Assembly: GCA_017886575.1 (NCBI GenBank)
Contig: JAGHJP010000050.1
Span: 28,661 to 92,660 of the forward strand
Reading direction: 5' to 3'
Length of the DNA: 64,000 nt
Source of the DNA: Clostridia bacterium
GTDB lineage: Bacteria; Bacillota; Clostridia; Christensenellales; Borkfalkiaceae
Both the position numbers and the translations under genes were made by a program. Positions 8,416 through 17,862 of this stretch are shown piece by piece. Under the pieces are notes generated by a model, which was not told the origin of the DNA, did not search any database, and saw nothing but the letters and a program-made list of their open reading frames with translations. The first letter of the stretch is position 1; each line of letters opens with the position of its first letter.

Positions 8416-9229
8416 GGCGAAAAAACTGCTGGCGGAAGCCGACCGCATCCTCATCGGCGGGGGCGCGGGGCTTTCCTCCGCCGCGGGGCTCTCCTATGCG
8501 GGCAAACGGTTTACCGACAACTTTGCGGAATTCATTGAAAAGTACGGCTTCACGGACATGTACACGGCGGGGTTTTACCCCTTCAAAACGGAAGAAGAAA
8601 AGTGGGCGTACTGGTCGAAACACATTCAGATCAACCGCTTCGACCCGCCCGCCATGCCCCTGTATAAGGCGTTGTACGACTTGGTGAAGGACAGGGACTA
8701 CTTCGTGCTGACGACCAACGTGGACGGACAGTTTGAAAAGGCGGGGTTTGCGCCCGAACGCATTTTCGCCGTGCAGGGCGATTACGGAAAACTGCAATGC
8801 GCGAAGGCGTGCCACCAAAAACTGTACGACAACGAAAACCTTGTGCGGCACATGACGGCGGAGCAGAAAAATTGCCGCGTGCCCTCTTCCCTCGTGCCGA
8901 AGTGCCCCGTGTGCGGCGGCAGAATGGAGGTGAACGTGCGCATCGACGCCTTTTTCGTGCAGGACGCCGCCTGGTATGCGGCAAATGAAAAATTCGAAGC
9001 CTTCCTGCAACAGATCGACAAAGGCAAAACCGTGCTTTTGGAATTGGGCGTGGGATACAACACCCCGACCATCATCCGCTTCCCCTTTGAACGGCTGACC
9101 TATCAAAACGAGGGCGTGCATCTCATCCGCTGCAACGCGGACTACCCCGCCGCCATTCCGGAAAACGAGGGAAAGACCGTTTCCTTCGGCGAGGACATGC
9201 AAACAGTCCTGCCCGCGCTCTGCCCGTAA
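8384..9229 (+). CDS. SIR2-family protein, class M (SirTM-like, putative protein ADP-ribosyltransferase)
   Basis: ATG 8384 lies 32 nt inside the macro gene. Motifs GGGAGLSSAAG and TTNVDGQF, Zn ribbon CAKAC...CPVCGG. VQGDYG sits where deacylating sirtuins carry the catalytic His-Gly. Confidence 0.8.
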   Translation: MRENYEKRIDRAKKLLAEADRILIGGGAGLSSAAGLSYAGKRFTDNFAEFIEKYGFTDMYTAGFYPFKTEEEKWAYWSKHIQINRFDPPAMPLYKALYDLVKDRDYFVLTTNVDGQFEKAGFAPERIFAVQGDYGKLQCAKACHQKLYDNENLVRHMTAEQKNCRVPSSLVPKCPVCGGRMEVNVRIDAFFVQDAAWYAANEKFEAFLQQIDKGKTVLLELGVGYNTPTIIRFPFERLTYQNEGVHLIRCNADYPAAIPENEGKTVSFGEDMQTVLPALCP

Positions 9230-9309
9230 AGCCCCAAAAAACGGAAACAGCCGTCTGCTGCAGGCATGCCCCCTCTCTTTTCCCTTTTGCCGAAAAATAT
9301 CCCGATATG

Positions 9310-9336
9310 AAAAAAGAGCCCGGAAGGCTCTTTTTT
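9310..9336. terminator. bidirectional Rho-independent terminator
   Basis: AAAAAA GAGCC cggaa GGCTC TTTTTT, lying between the convergent SirTM-like and DUF378 genes. Confidence 0.7.
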
Positions 9337-9385
9337 GTCCTGCCGCCGAGACGGGGCGGCTCTTCCCGCGGGATAATATAGAGCG

Positions 9386-9607
9386 TCAGTCTTTGCTTTC
9401 CCGCATGTGCGCGATCTCTTTGAAGTGGCGCACCAGGTAATAGGTCACCCACAGCGCGGCGATGCCGACCAGGCAATAGATGATGCGGGCGATGAAATAG
9501 AGGTCGCCGGCAAACACCCAGTTGACGAAGTTGAAGTCGGCGATGCCGACCACCAACCAATTCAGGCCGCCGATGATGGTCAAAATCAAACTGATAATCG
9601 TTAACAT
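9386..9607 (-). CDS. DUF378 small membrane protein
   Basis: 73 aa with two TM helices. IIGGLNWLVVGIADFNFV is the typical DUF378 signature. Confidence 0.8.
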   Translation of the reverse strand: MLTIISLILTIIGGLNWLVVGIADFNFVNWVFAGDLYFIARIIYCLVGIAALWVTYYLVRHFKEIAHMRESKD

Positions 9608-9759
9608 GTTGTCCTCCTGTGAACAGTATGGACCGTTTGCCGAAAACTATTTATAGATCGAAAAAAAATATGCATCCGGAGGATCTGCCCGACCTTCGGG
9701 TGCATATCCCGCCGCGCGGCGGCAATATTCTTTTTTCGCTTTGCTCTTGTTCTGTTACT

Positions 9760-12412
9760 TTACGGCACGCGGTTCTTTTCCGCCGAGCGGGACTTGACCG
9801 CGTCCCAGAATTTGCCGTACTCCGCGATGAGGGTCGGGACAAGGGTCAGACCGATGGTGACGAGCCAATGCAGGCCGTCGAGCGTTCCCAGCCCGAGCGC
9901 TCCCGCCACGGACGGGATGAGCGCGATCGCCGCGAAGACGAGGAGCATCACGCCGCAACTGACAAAGAGCTGCGGGTTGTCCTTGATGCGGTATTTATAC
10001 AGATTTTTACGGCTGCGCACCGTGAGCACGTGCAGGATGGACGTCCAGCCCGTGACGAGGAACGCCATGGTCCTGCCGACCTCTTCCGAAGGCTGAACGC
10101 CGCCGAAACCGACGTGCTGACCGATGTAGAACGCCGCGAGGGTGACGACGGCAAAGGCGACCGTCTGCTGGATGATGACGTCGAGCAGCCCGCCGCCGAA
10201 GAAACTTTCGTCCCGCGCGATGGGTTTGCGACGCATGATGCGGCGGTCCGATTCCTCCTTGGCGAGCGCCATGCCGGGGATGCCGTCGCCCAGCACGTTG
10301 ATGATGAGGAGCATGATGGGCGTGAGGGGCAATGCCCAGTTCATGAACTGCGCGAAGAGCATGACGATGATCTCCGAGATGTTGCAGACGAGCAGGAAGT
10401 AGACGAGTTTGCGGATATTGGAGAAGATGTTGCGCCCCTCCGCGACCGCCTCGATGATCGTGGAGAACTTGTCGTCCATCAGGATCATTTTGGCCGCGCT
10501 CTTGGAAACTTCGGTGCCGGTGATGCCCATGGCGACGCCGACGTCCGCCGCTTTGAGCGCGGGCGCGTCGTTCACGCCGTCCCCCGTCATGGCGACGACG
10601 TCCCCCCGCGCCTGCCACGCCTTGACGATGCGTATCTTGTCCTCGGGCGAAACGCGCGCATAGACGGAGTAAAATTCGATGCTTTCGGCGAGTTCGTCGT
10701 CGGTCAGCTTCTGCAACTCCTGTCCCGTGATGATGCCCTCGTTCGCCGCGATGATGCCGAGTTCCCGCGCGATGGCGCCCGCCGTGGCGGCATGGTCGCC
10801 CGTGATCATGATGGTGCGGATGCCCGCCACTTTCGCCTTGGCGATCGCCGCGGCCGCCTCGGGACGGGGCGGGTCGATGATGCCCACAAAGCCCTCGAAG
10901 GTCAGGTCTTTTTCCAATTCGGAGAGATCGGCGGGGAGCGCCTCGATCCGTTTGGACGCGAGCGCGATGACGCGCAACGCGTCGCGGGCGAAGGAGTCGT
11001 GCACTTCCTCCAACTTTTTGCCGTAGCCGTAATCGGTGCGCACGATGGGCAGGCGGTCGAAAGCGCCCTTGGTGAGCACGAGATAGCCGCCCCGCGGATC
11101 CTTCACCACCGCCGTCATCATTTTACGCGCGGAGGAAAAGGGTATTTCCGCCACTTTGGGGTAGGTATCTCCGAGATGTTCACACGGGATTCCCTTTTCC
11201 TTGGCGAGCCGCACGATGGCGGTTTCCGTGGGGTCGCCGAAGATCTTTTCCTGTCCCTCTTCGTCCGTGCCGACGGTGGCAATACAGGCGAGGGAGAGCT
11301 TTTCCAGAAAAGCGATCCGATCGGCGTCGAACGCCGCGTCGTCGGCGAACGGTTCGCCGCCGTACATCCACAGCCGCTTGACGGTCATCTTGTTCATGGT
11401 GAGCGTGCCCGTCTTGTCCGAACAGATGACGGACGTACTGCCCAGCGTTTTCACCGCCTGCATCTGCCGGATGAGCGCGTTCTTTGCCGCCATTTTGCGC
11501 GCGCCCTGCGTCAAGATGAGCGTGACGATGAGGGAGAGCGTCTCGGGCACGGCGGCGACGGCGAGCGTGACGGCGACGAGCGCCATGTCCCAAAATTCAT
11601 GCCCCTGGATGAGCCCCACCGCGAGCAGCGCGATGGCGGCGACGACGGCAAGCCCGCTGATCGCCTTGCCCACCTTGTCCAGACGGACCTGCAGGGGGGG
11701 TCTTTTTCTGCTTGGTGTCCTTCAAAAATTTTGCGATCTTGCCGATCTGCGTGCGCATGCCCGTGTCGGTGACGACCGCCGCGGCGTTTCCCGCCGTGAC
11801 GAGACAGCCCGAGAACACCATGTTCACCCTGTCGCCCAAGGCGACTTCGCCCGAAAGGCGCGCGGAGGCGTCCTTTTCGGCAGGGACGCTCTCCCCCGTC
11901 AGGGAAGATTCGTCCACGGCAAGGCTCTCCGAGCGCAGGAGCCGCGCGTCCGCAGGCACGAGGTCGCCCGTCTTTAAGAGGATGACGTCGCCCGGAACGA
12001 GCAGAGAGGGGTCGAGTTCCTGCACGGCTCCGTCGCGGAGCACGCGGCAGACGGGCGAGGAGAGGGAACGCAGGGCTTCCAGCGCGTTTTCGGCGCTGCG
12101 CTCCTGCGTGACGGCGAGCGTGACGTTCATGGCGATGACCGCAAAGACGACGATCGGTTCGACGAACCCGCTGCCCTCGGCGATCGCCATGGCGAGGCTC
12201 AGGACGCCCGCGATCATCAGAATGATGACGGACACGTCCTTGAACTGCGCAAGGATCTTATAGATGAGTTTTTGCTTCTTCTGCGCTTCGAATACGTTCT
12301 TGCCGTATTCCTCCAACCGCGCCGCCGCGGCGGCTTCGGAGAGCCCGCTCTCCTGCGAAGTTTCCAATTCGTTCAGAATTTCCTGCGGATTTTTTTCGTA
12401 ATTTTCTTTCAT
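9760..12412 (-). pseudogene. calcium-type P-type (P2) ATPase interrupted by a +1 frameshift in a C7 homopolymer (or an assembly error)
   Basis: The N-terminal ORF 11597..12412 and C-terminal ORF 9760..11673 are contiguous parts of one ATPase, with motifs TGES, CSDKTGTLT and TGDGVNDAPALK. Removing one C from the run at 11694-11700 restores the conserved KTPLQVRLDKVGKAISG. Confidence 0.85.
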
Positions 12413-12492
12413 CGAAGCCTCCCGGTCTTGTATTTCCGGTCTGCCGATCCCCGGTAAACCTTCCGGGGATCGAACATTGCCTTACATTGCAT

Positions 12493-13248
12493 TCACGTCT
12501 TTTCCGCGCGCAGGCGGAGGCGCACGTAATCGACATACCATATGCCGCCGCGGCAGAGTTTTTGCCGCAGGCGGTTTTCCGCCTCAGCGATAATTTGCGC
12601 CTTTTGTTCCTCTTCCATGCCCGCAAAGGGCGTTTTCAGAAACATGTCGATCCAATTTTTCAGCCCGTCCGCGCCTTTCTGCGGCGTGGGACGGTCGAAA
12701 AGCGTTGCGTACCGCACCGTAAAGCCGCATTGTTCGAGCAGGGGCGCGTACTGCCCTATGGTGGGAAAGTAAAAGGGCCTGCGATAGCGAAGCCCGCGCG
12801 ATGCAAACGCCTCTTCCAAGGCGGCGTGCACCAACTCGCCGCACCCATGCCCGCCGAATTCGGCGACCAGCTCGCCGCCGCGCTTCAGCTGCGCGGCAAT
12901 GTTTTGCAGCATGGCGGGCTGCTTTTCTTCGTCGATCCAATGAAACACGGCGTTGGAAAAGACGGCGTCCGCCTTCTCTTCCAGGGAAAAATCGAGCGCG
13001 TTCCCCTGCCGGAAAGAAAGTCCCGGATGTGCCGCCCGCGCCGCTTGTATCTGCGCGGCGGAATCGTCTATGCCGATGACGCGGTATCCGCGCGCCGCCA
13101 GCCGTTCGGTCAGCGCCCCGTTGCCGCAGCCGAGATCGACGACCGCTGCGCCCCGCGGCGCGGTCAGCAAGTCCAGGATCCCCGCGCCGTATTCGGGCAC
13201 GAAGGAGAAATCGTTTTTATATTGCTCCGCATTCCATTCGATATTCAT
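12493..13248 (-). CDS. class I SAM-dependent methyltransferase (trans-aconitate methyltransferase-like)
   Basis: 251 aa. Motif I is VVDLGCGNGALT. Also ADAVFSNAVFHW and the LKRGGELV post-motifs. Confidence 0.85.
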   Translation of the reverse strand: MNIEWNAEQYKNDFSFVPEYGAGILDLLTAPRGAAVVDLGCGNGALTERLAARGYRVIGIDDSAAQIQAARAAHPGLSFRQGNALDFSLEEKADAVFSNAVFHWIDEEKQPAMLQNIAAQLKRGGELVAEFGGHGCGELVHAALEEAFASRGLRYRRPFYFPTIGQYAPLLEQCGFTVRYATLFDRPTPQKGADGLKNWIDMFLKTPFAGMEEEQKAQIIAEAENRLRQKLCRGGIWYVDYVRLRLRAEKT

Positions 13249-13279
13249 GGCCCGTCCGCTTTTCTCCGAAAAAATCTCT

Positions 13280-13318
13280 TATAAAAGAAAGAAGTGCGTC
13301 CGAAAAAATCGGACGTAC
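13280..13318 (-). terminator. terminator of the alpha operon
   Basis: On the minus strand, GTACGTCCG-loop-CGGACGCAC followed by TTCTTTCTTTT. It lies 30 nt after the rplQ stop. Confidence 0.7.
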
Positions 13319-13347
13319 TTCCATATCCTTAAAAACGCAATGTGTTG

Positions 13348-13854
13348 TTACACGAGCTCGATGACAGCCGTTTCGGCGCCGTCGCCGCGGCGTTCGCCGA
13401 GCTGATAAATTCTGGTATAGCCGCCGCCCTGCTTGAGCTCTTCCGCGCGCTGGGCATACTTGGGCGCGATCTCGTTGAAGATCTTTTCGACCAAGGGATG
13501 TTTGACGTCCTTGGTGCGCGCTTTGAATGCCGATCTGCTTTCGGTGAACTCCTTGATCTCCTGCAAGTCGTAGATCTTGGACATGATGGCGCGGCGCGCC
13601 GCCAGCTTTTTGGCGCCGTCCTTGACCTGGGTGGTCTTGACGTCTTTGCCCTTGGCGTTCTTCTTGACAATTTCCACTTCGATGTTGTCGTCGAAGGTAT
13701 TGACCGCCTTGGTGATCAGTTTTTCGACATAGGGCTGGAGTTCTTTCGCCTTGGCAAGGGTGGTTTCTATTCTGCCGTACCAGAGGAGCTGGGAAGCCTG
13801 ATTTCTCAGAAGCGCCACTCTCTCCTTGGCGGGTCTGCCTAATTTACCGGACAT
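13348..13854 (-). CDS. rplQ: 50S ribosomal protein L17 (long form, 168 aa)
   Basis: MSGKLGRPAKERVALLRNQASQLLWYGRIETTLAKAKEL...GGYTRIYQLGERRGDGAETAVIELV. Positioned after rpoA. Confidence 0.95.
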   Translation of the reverse strand: MSGKLGRPAKERVALLRNQASQLLWYGRIETTLAKAKELQPYVEKLITKAVNTFDDNIEVEIVKKNAKGKDVKTTQVKDGAKKLAARRAIMSKIYDLQEIKEFTESRSAFKARTKDVKHPLVEKIFNEIAPKYAQRAEELKQGGGYTRIYQLGERRGDGAETAVIELV

Positions 13855-13857
13855 GGT

Positions 13858-14811
13858 TTAATCCTCCTTTTTCGCTAATGAGAGACCATAGGACTGCAGT
13901 TTGAGGATGACTTCGTCGAGCGACTTTCTGCCGAGGTTCCGCACCTTCAGCATTTCCTCTTCCGTCTTTTTGGTCAAATCTTCTACGGTATGGATGCTCG
14001 CGCGTTTGAGGCAATTGTAGGAACGGACGGAAAGGTCCATGTCCTCGATCGCCATGGCGAGGACTTGCTGCTGCTTGTCGTCCTCGTTCTTGACGAGAAT
14101 GTCCATACCCCTGATCGTATCGCTTAAATTTACAAACAGGCTGATGTGATCCTGCATGATCTTCGCCGCGAGGGAAACGATTTCCTTGGCGGAGAAAGTG
14201 CCGTCCGTCCAGACCTCCAGGTTGAGGCGGTCATAGTTCAGGTTCTGCCCGACGCGGGCGTTTTCCACTTGATAGTTGACCTTCTGAACGGGGGTGTAGA
14301 TGGAGTCGATCGCAATGTAATCGATAACGTTCTGCTTGTTTTCGCTTGCGGGCTTGTAACCTCTGCCGCGGCCGATGGTGATCTCCATGTCTACCTTGCC
14401 GCCTTCGTCTACCGTGCAGATATACTGATCTTTGTTGACGACCTCGATCTCGGCATCCTGTTCGATGTCCGCGCCCGTAATGACACACGGGCCTTCCTTG
14501 TAAAGATGCAGCGTTTTGGTGTAATCCTTGTCCGTCACTTTGGTCTTGATCGCCAGAAGTTTCAGGTTCAGGATGATCTCGGTCACGTCCTCTTTCACGC
14601 CCGCGACGGCGGAAAATTCGTGCTTCACGCTGCCGTCGAGAAAGCGGATGCCCTGTACGGCGGCGCCCGGTAAGGCGGACAGCAGGATTCTTCTTAAGCA
14701 GTTACCGATTGTAAGACCGAAACCCTTTTCCAGAGGCTCGACAACGATTTTGGCATAACTCTTGTCCTCGTTCTCTTCGACCTCTATTTTGGGCATATCC
14801 ATTTCGATCAT
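13858..14811 (-). CDS. rpoA: DNA-directed RNA polymerase alpha subunit
   Basis: 317 aa. FGLTIGNCLRRILLSALPGAAV, and C-terminal domain DLSVRSYNCLKRASIHTVEDL. Confidence 0.97.
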   Translation of the reverse strand: MIEMDMPKIEVEENEDKSYAKIVVEPLEKGFGLTIGNCLRRILLSALPGAAVQGIRFLDGSVKHEFSAVAGVKEDVTEIILNLKLLAIKTKVTDKDYTKTLHLYKEGPCVITGADIEQDAEIEVVNKDQYICTVDEGGKVDMEITIGRGRGYKPASENKQNVIDYIAIDSIYTPVQKVNYQVENARVGQNLNYDRLNLEVWTDGTFSAKEIVSLAAKIMQDHISLFVNLSDTIRGMDILVKNEDDKQQQVLAMAIEDMDLSVRSYNCLKRASIHTVEDLTKKTEEEMLKVRNLGRKSLDEVILKLQSYGLSLAKKED

Positions 14812-14835
14812 AAAACGACCTCCTTAATGGTTTGA

Positions 14836-15429
14836 TTACTTGGAGTACAGTTCGACAATCATATGCTCTGCAATCTGAGTATCGATGTCTGCCCTCACCG
14901 GGAGTGCCAAAATCTTTCCTTCCAATTTTTCGTTATCGAATTCCAACCACTGGGGGACGTTCAATGCGGCCTTTGACTCTCTGAGCGCGGTGAAGAACTT
15001 GTTGCCCTTCTTGTTCTCGCGGACGGCGATGACGTCGCCCGCCTTCACGAGGTAGGAGGGAATGTTCACCTTCTTGCCGTTGACCGTGAACTGCGCGTGC
15101 GAAACGAGCTGCCGCGCCTGCAGACGGGTGTTGGCGATGCCCATTCTGTACACCACGTTGTCCAGCCTTCTTTCGAGGAGCACCAGCATGTTTTCACCCG
15201 TGACGCCCTTCTTGCGCTCCGCCGTCTCATAGTAGCGGTGGAACTGCTTTTCGTTGACGCAATAGATGAACTTGGCGCGCTCTTTTTCACGGAGCTGCAA
15301 GCCGTACTCGCTGATCTTTCTCGATTTTCTGCCCGAAGTCCGGATGGACTTTTTGGAACAGCCGATGGAAGCGGGATCCAATTCGAGGAATCTGCATCTC
15401 TTCAATTTATGATATTTATTGATTGCCAT
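14836..15429 (-). CDS. rpsD: 30S ribosomal protein S4
   Basis: 197 aa. EYGLQLREKERAKFIYCVNEKQF and an S4 RNA-binding domain. Conserved operon position. Confidence 0.96.
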   Translation of the reverse strand: MAINKYHKLKRCRFLELDPASIGCSKKSIRTSGRKSRKISEYGLQLREKERAKFIYCVNEKQFHRYYETAERKKGVTGENMLVLLERRLDNVVYRMGIANTRLQARQLVSHAQFTVNGKKVNIPSYLVKAGDVIAVRENKKGNKFFTALRESKAALNVPQWLEFDNEKLEGKILALPVRADIDTQIAEHMIVELYSK

Positions 15430-15444
15430 ATCTCTTCGCTCCTG

Positions 15445-15846
15445 TTATACTCTGCGACGTTTGGGGGGTCTGCATCCGTTGTGGGGAATGGGCGACACGT
15501 CCGAGATCAGCGTGATCTCGAGATCGAAGTTCGCCAAAGCGCGGATGGCGCTCTCTCTGCCGGCGCCGGGGCCCTTGACGTAAACTTCCACGCTCTTGAG
15601 GCCGTATTCCTTGGCTGCCGCCGCCGCCTTTTCGCAGGCGAGCTGCGCCGCATAGGGCGTGCCCTTCTTGGAACCCCTGAATCCGCCCAGCGAACCCGCG
15701 CTCGACCACGCGAGCACGTTGCCGTTCAGATCGGTGAACGTGATCATGGTATTGTTGAAGGTAGACTGAATGTGGACTTGACCCTTGTCTACTTTGCGCA
15801 GCTCTCTGCGCTTTCTCGTAGCGACGGCCTTTTTCGTTGCTGCCAT
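15445..15846 (-). CDS. rpsK: 30S ribosomal protein S11
   Basis: 133 aa. [29 protein letters not shown]...[13 protein letters not shown]. Confidence 0.97.
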   Translation of the reverse strand: MAATKKAVATRKRRELRKVDKGQVHIQSTFNNTMITFTDLNGNVLAWSSAGSLGGFRGSKKGTPYAAQLACEKAAAAAKEYGLKSVEVYVKGPGAGRESAIRALANFDLEITLISDVSPIPHNGCRPPKRRRV

Positions 15847-15860
15847 ATCTCTTTACCTCC

Positions 15861-16232
15861 TTACTTCTTCTTGTTCGCGACCACTCTGCGGACGTTGCCG
15901 CGGCGGGTGCGCGCGTTTCTCTTGGTGCTCTGTCCGCGGACGGGCAGGCCCTTTCTGTGACGGATGCCGCGATAGCAGCCGATCTCCATCAGCCTCTTGA
16001 TGTTCAGCGAGATCTCACTGCGGAGTTCGCCTTCCACTCTCAGATTGTTGTCGATATAATCTCTCAGCTTGGATACGTCGGACTCGTCCAGATCCTTGAC
16101 TCTGGTATCGGGATCGATGCCCGTCGCCGCGAGAATCTTTTTGGAGGTGGTCAGACCGATCCCGTAAATGTAGGTAAGGCCGATCTCCACTCTCTTTTCT
16201 CTGGGTAAATCCACACCGGCAATACGTGCCAT
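15861..16232 (-). CDS. rpsM: 30S ribosomal protein S13
   Basis: 123 aa. [26 protein letters not shown]...[15 protein letters not shown]. Confidence 0.97.
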   Translation of the reverse strand: MARIAGVDLPREKRVEIGLTYIYGIGLTTSKKILAATGIDPDTRVKDLDESDVSKLRDYIDNNLRVEGELRSEISLNIKRLMEIGCYRGIRHRKGLPVRGQSTKRNARTRRGNVRRVVANKKK

Positions 16233-16658
16233 TGATTGATAACCTCCGTGTTCTTCTTTGAAAAAAATTTTTTGGTTTTTCTATATATCGATCCGCATGC
16301 TCCCCCGCGCGGCAGTGGAAAATGCCTGCGGGCAAAGCCGGTTGTTTTCAAAGCGATGCGGCGCCTTGCCGCTCCGCCGCGTTTTTGCGGACGGACCGTT
16401 TTTTCTGCCGCTTTTGCTTTTGCGGGGCGCGGACGGTCTCTGCCGCCCTTCCCGCCGCCTTTCGGACGGGGTTTTGCCCTTTTGTCGCGGGCATGCCGCC
16501 CGCCTGTTTCGCCTTCGTTTTCTCTTCGGACAAAGGAAAACGGATAAAAAAGACGAAAAACCGCCGCCTTTTCAATACGCAACAAAACTGAGTTCCCGCC
16601 GAGAAATGCGCGGAAATTCAGTCTTGAACGCAATATACGAATGGATCGGCACATTGTC

Positions 16659-16687
16659 CGTACAGTAAATTATACCAAATACGGAAC
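16659..16687 (-). promoter_or_regulatory. consensus sigma-A promoter inside the rpmJ-rpsM spacer (alpha-operon promoter)
   Basis: Minus strand reads TTGACA (16682-16687), exact 17-nt spacer, TATAAT (16659-16664). It starts 9 nt after the rpmJ stop. Confidence 0.7.
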
Positions 16688-16705
16688 AAAATGTCAAACG
16701 TTTTG

Positions 16706-16822
16706 TCAGCCCTGTCTCTGCTTATGCGATTTATTTTTGGAGCAGATGACCATGACCCTGCCGTTTCTCTTGATGACTTTGCACTTGTCGCACATGGGTT
16801 TGACCGAAGGTCTTACTTTCAT
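16706..16822 (-). CDS. rpmJ: 50S ribosomal protein L36
   Basis: 38-codon [41 protein letters not shown], hidden at the 3' end of track ORF 16706..17470. AAGGAGAAAG RBS. Confidence 0.95.
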   Translation of the reverse strand: MKVRPSVKPMCDKCKVIKRNGRVMVICSKNKSHKQRQG

Positions 16823-16860
16823 TTTCTTTCTCCTTGCATAAAATACTTTTCGGGCGACAG

Positions 16861-17082
16861 TCAGGATTTGCTGCGCCACGTGATCCTTCCCTTGGTCAGA
16901 TCGTAAGGACTCATTTCCAATTTTACCGAATCGCCTTCGACGATGCGGATGAAGTTCATTCTGAGTTTGCCGGAAATGTATGCCGTTATGATATGCCCGT
17001 TGGAAAGTTTGACTTTGAAGGTTGCGTTGGGCAGCGCTTCGACGATCTTGCCCTCTACTTCTATCACGTCGTCTTTGGACAC
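16861..17082 (-). CDS. infA: translation initiation factor IF-1
   Basis: 73 aa. [53 protein letters not shown]. Confidence 0.97.
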   Translation of the reverse strand: MSKDDVIEVEGKIVEALPNATFKVKLSNGHIITAYISGKLRMNFIRIVEGDSVKLEMSPYDLTKGRITWRSKS

Positions 17083-17109
17083 AAAAAACTCCTCCGATTT
17101 TATTTCTGA

Positions 17110-17853
17110 CTACAACGTCAGTATTTCCGCGCCGTCCTCCGTGATGAGAACGGTGTTCTCGTAATGCGCCGCCGCCGAGCCGTCCTCCGTGACGGACGTC
17201 CAGCCGTCGGCAAGCGTCTTGACGCGCCAGCTTCCCTGCGTGATCATCGGCTCGATGCAGATGGTCATGCCCGCTTTCAGCCGCATGCCCGTGCCCTTCC
17301 TGCCGTAATTGGGGACCGAAGGGTCTTCGTGCATATCCCTGCCGATGCCGTGCCCGACAAAGGAGCGCACCACCCCGAAGCCGTTCGCCTCGGCATGGCT
17401 CTGGACCCGGTAGCCGATGTCGAAGAGCGGCGTGCCCGCTTTCAGCCCCTCGATGCCCTTGAAAAAGCACTCTTCCGTCACCCTGACCAATTTCCGCCGC
17501 GCGGGCGAAACGTTGCCGATGCAGTAGGTGCGGCAGGCGTCGCCGTTATAGCCGTCCTTCTCCGCGGTGACGTCCACGCTGACGATGTCGCCGTCTTTGA
17601 GGACCCTGTCGCCGGGAATGCCGTGCACCACCACTTCGTTGACGGACACGCATGCCGAACCCGGGAAACCGCAGTAGCCCAGCGAGGAGGGCGTGGCGCC
17701 GCTTTGAACGATGTAATCGTGGACGAGCGTATCCACCTCTTTGGTGGTCATGCCCGCGGCGATGTGCCTGCCGAGATAGGCAAACGTATCGCGCACGACC
17801 GCGCATGCCGCCCGGATCTTTTCGATCTCTTCCGGAGTCTTAACGTACACCAT
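17110..17853 (-). CDS. map: type I methionine aminopeptidase
   Basis: 247 aa. [27 protein letters not shown] and the TICIEPM metal-ligand motifs. Confidence 0.95.
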   Translation of the reverse strand: MVYVKTPEEIEKIRAACAVVRDTFAYLGRHIAAGMTTKEVDTLVHDYIVQSGATPSSLGYCGFPGSACVSVNEVVVHGIPGDRVLKDGDIVSVDVTAEKDGYNGDACRTYCIGNVSPARRKLVRVTEECFFKGIEGLKAGTPLFDIGYRVQSHAEANGFGVVRSFVGHGIGRDMHEDPSVPNYGRKGTGMRLKAGMTICIEPMITQGSWRVKTLADGWTSVTEDGSAAAHYENTVLITEDGAEILTL

Positions 17854-17862
17854 AGACAGACG

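Noticed and set aside
16348-16575. 75-aa highly basic ORF in the rpmJ-rpsM spacer as a confident new gene
   Set aside because: It has no convincing RBS at either candidate ATG. Its composition is what GC-rich non-coding DNA yields in this frame. It is retained only as a possibility inside the spacer finding.
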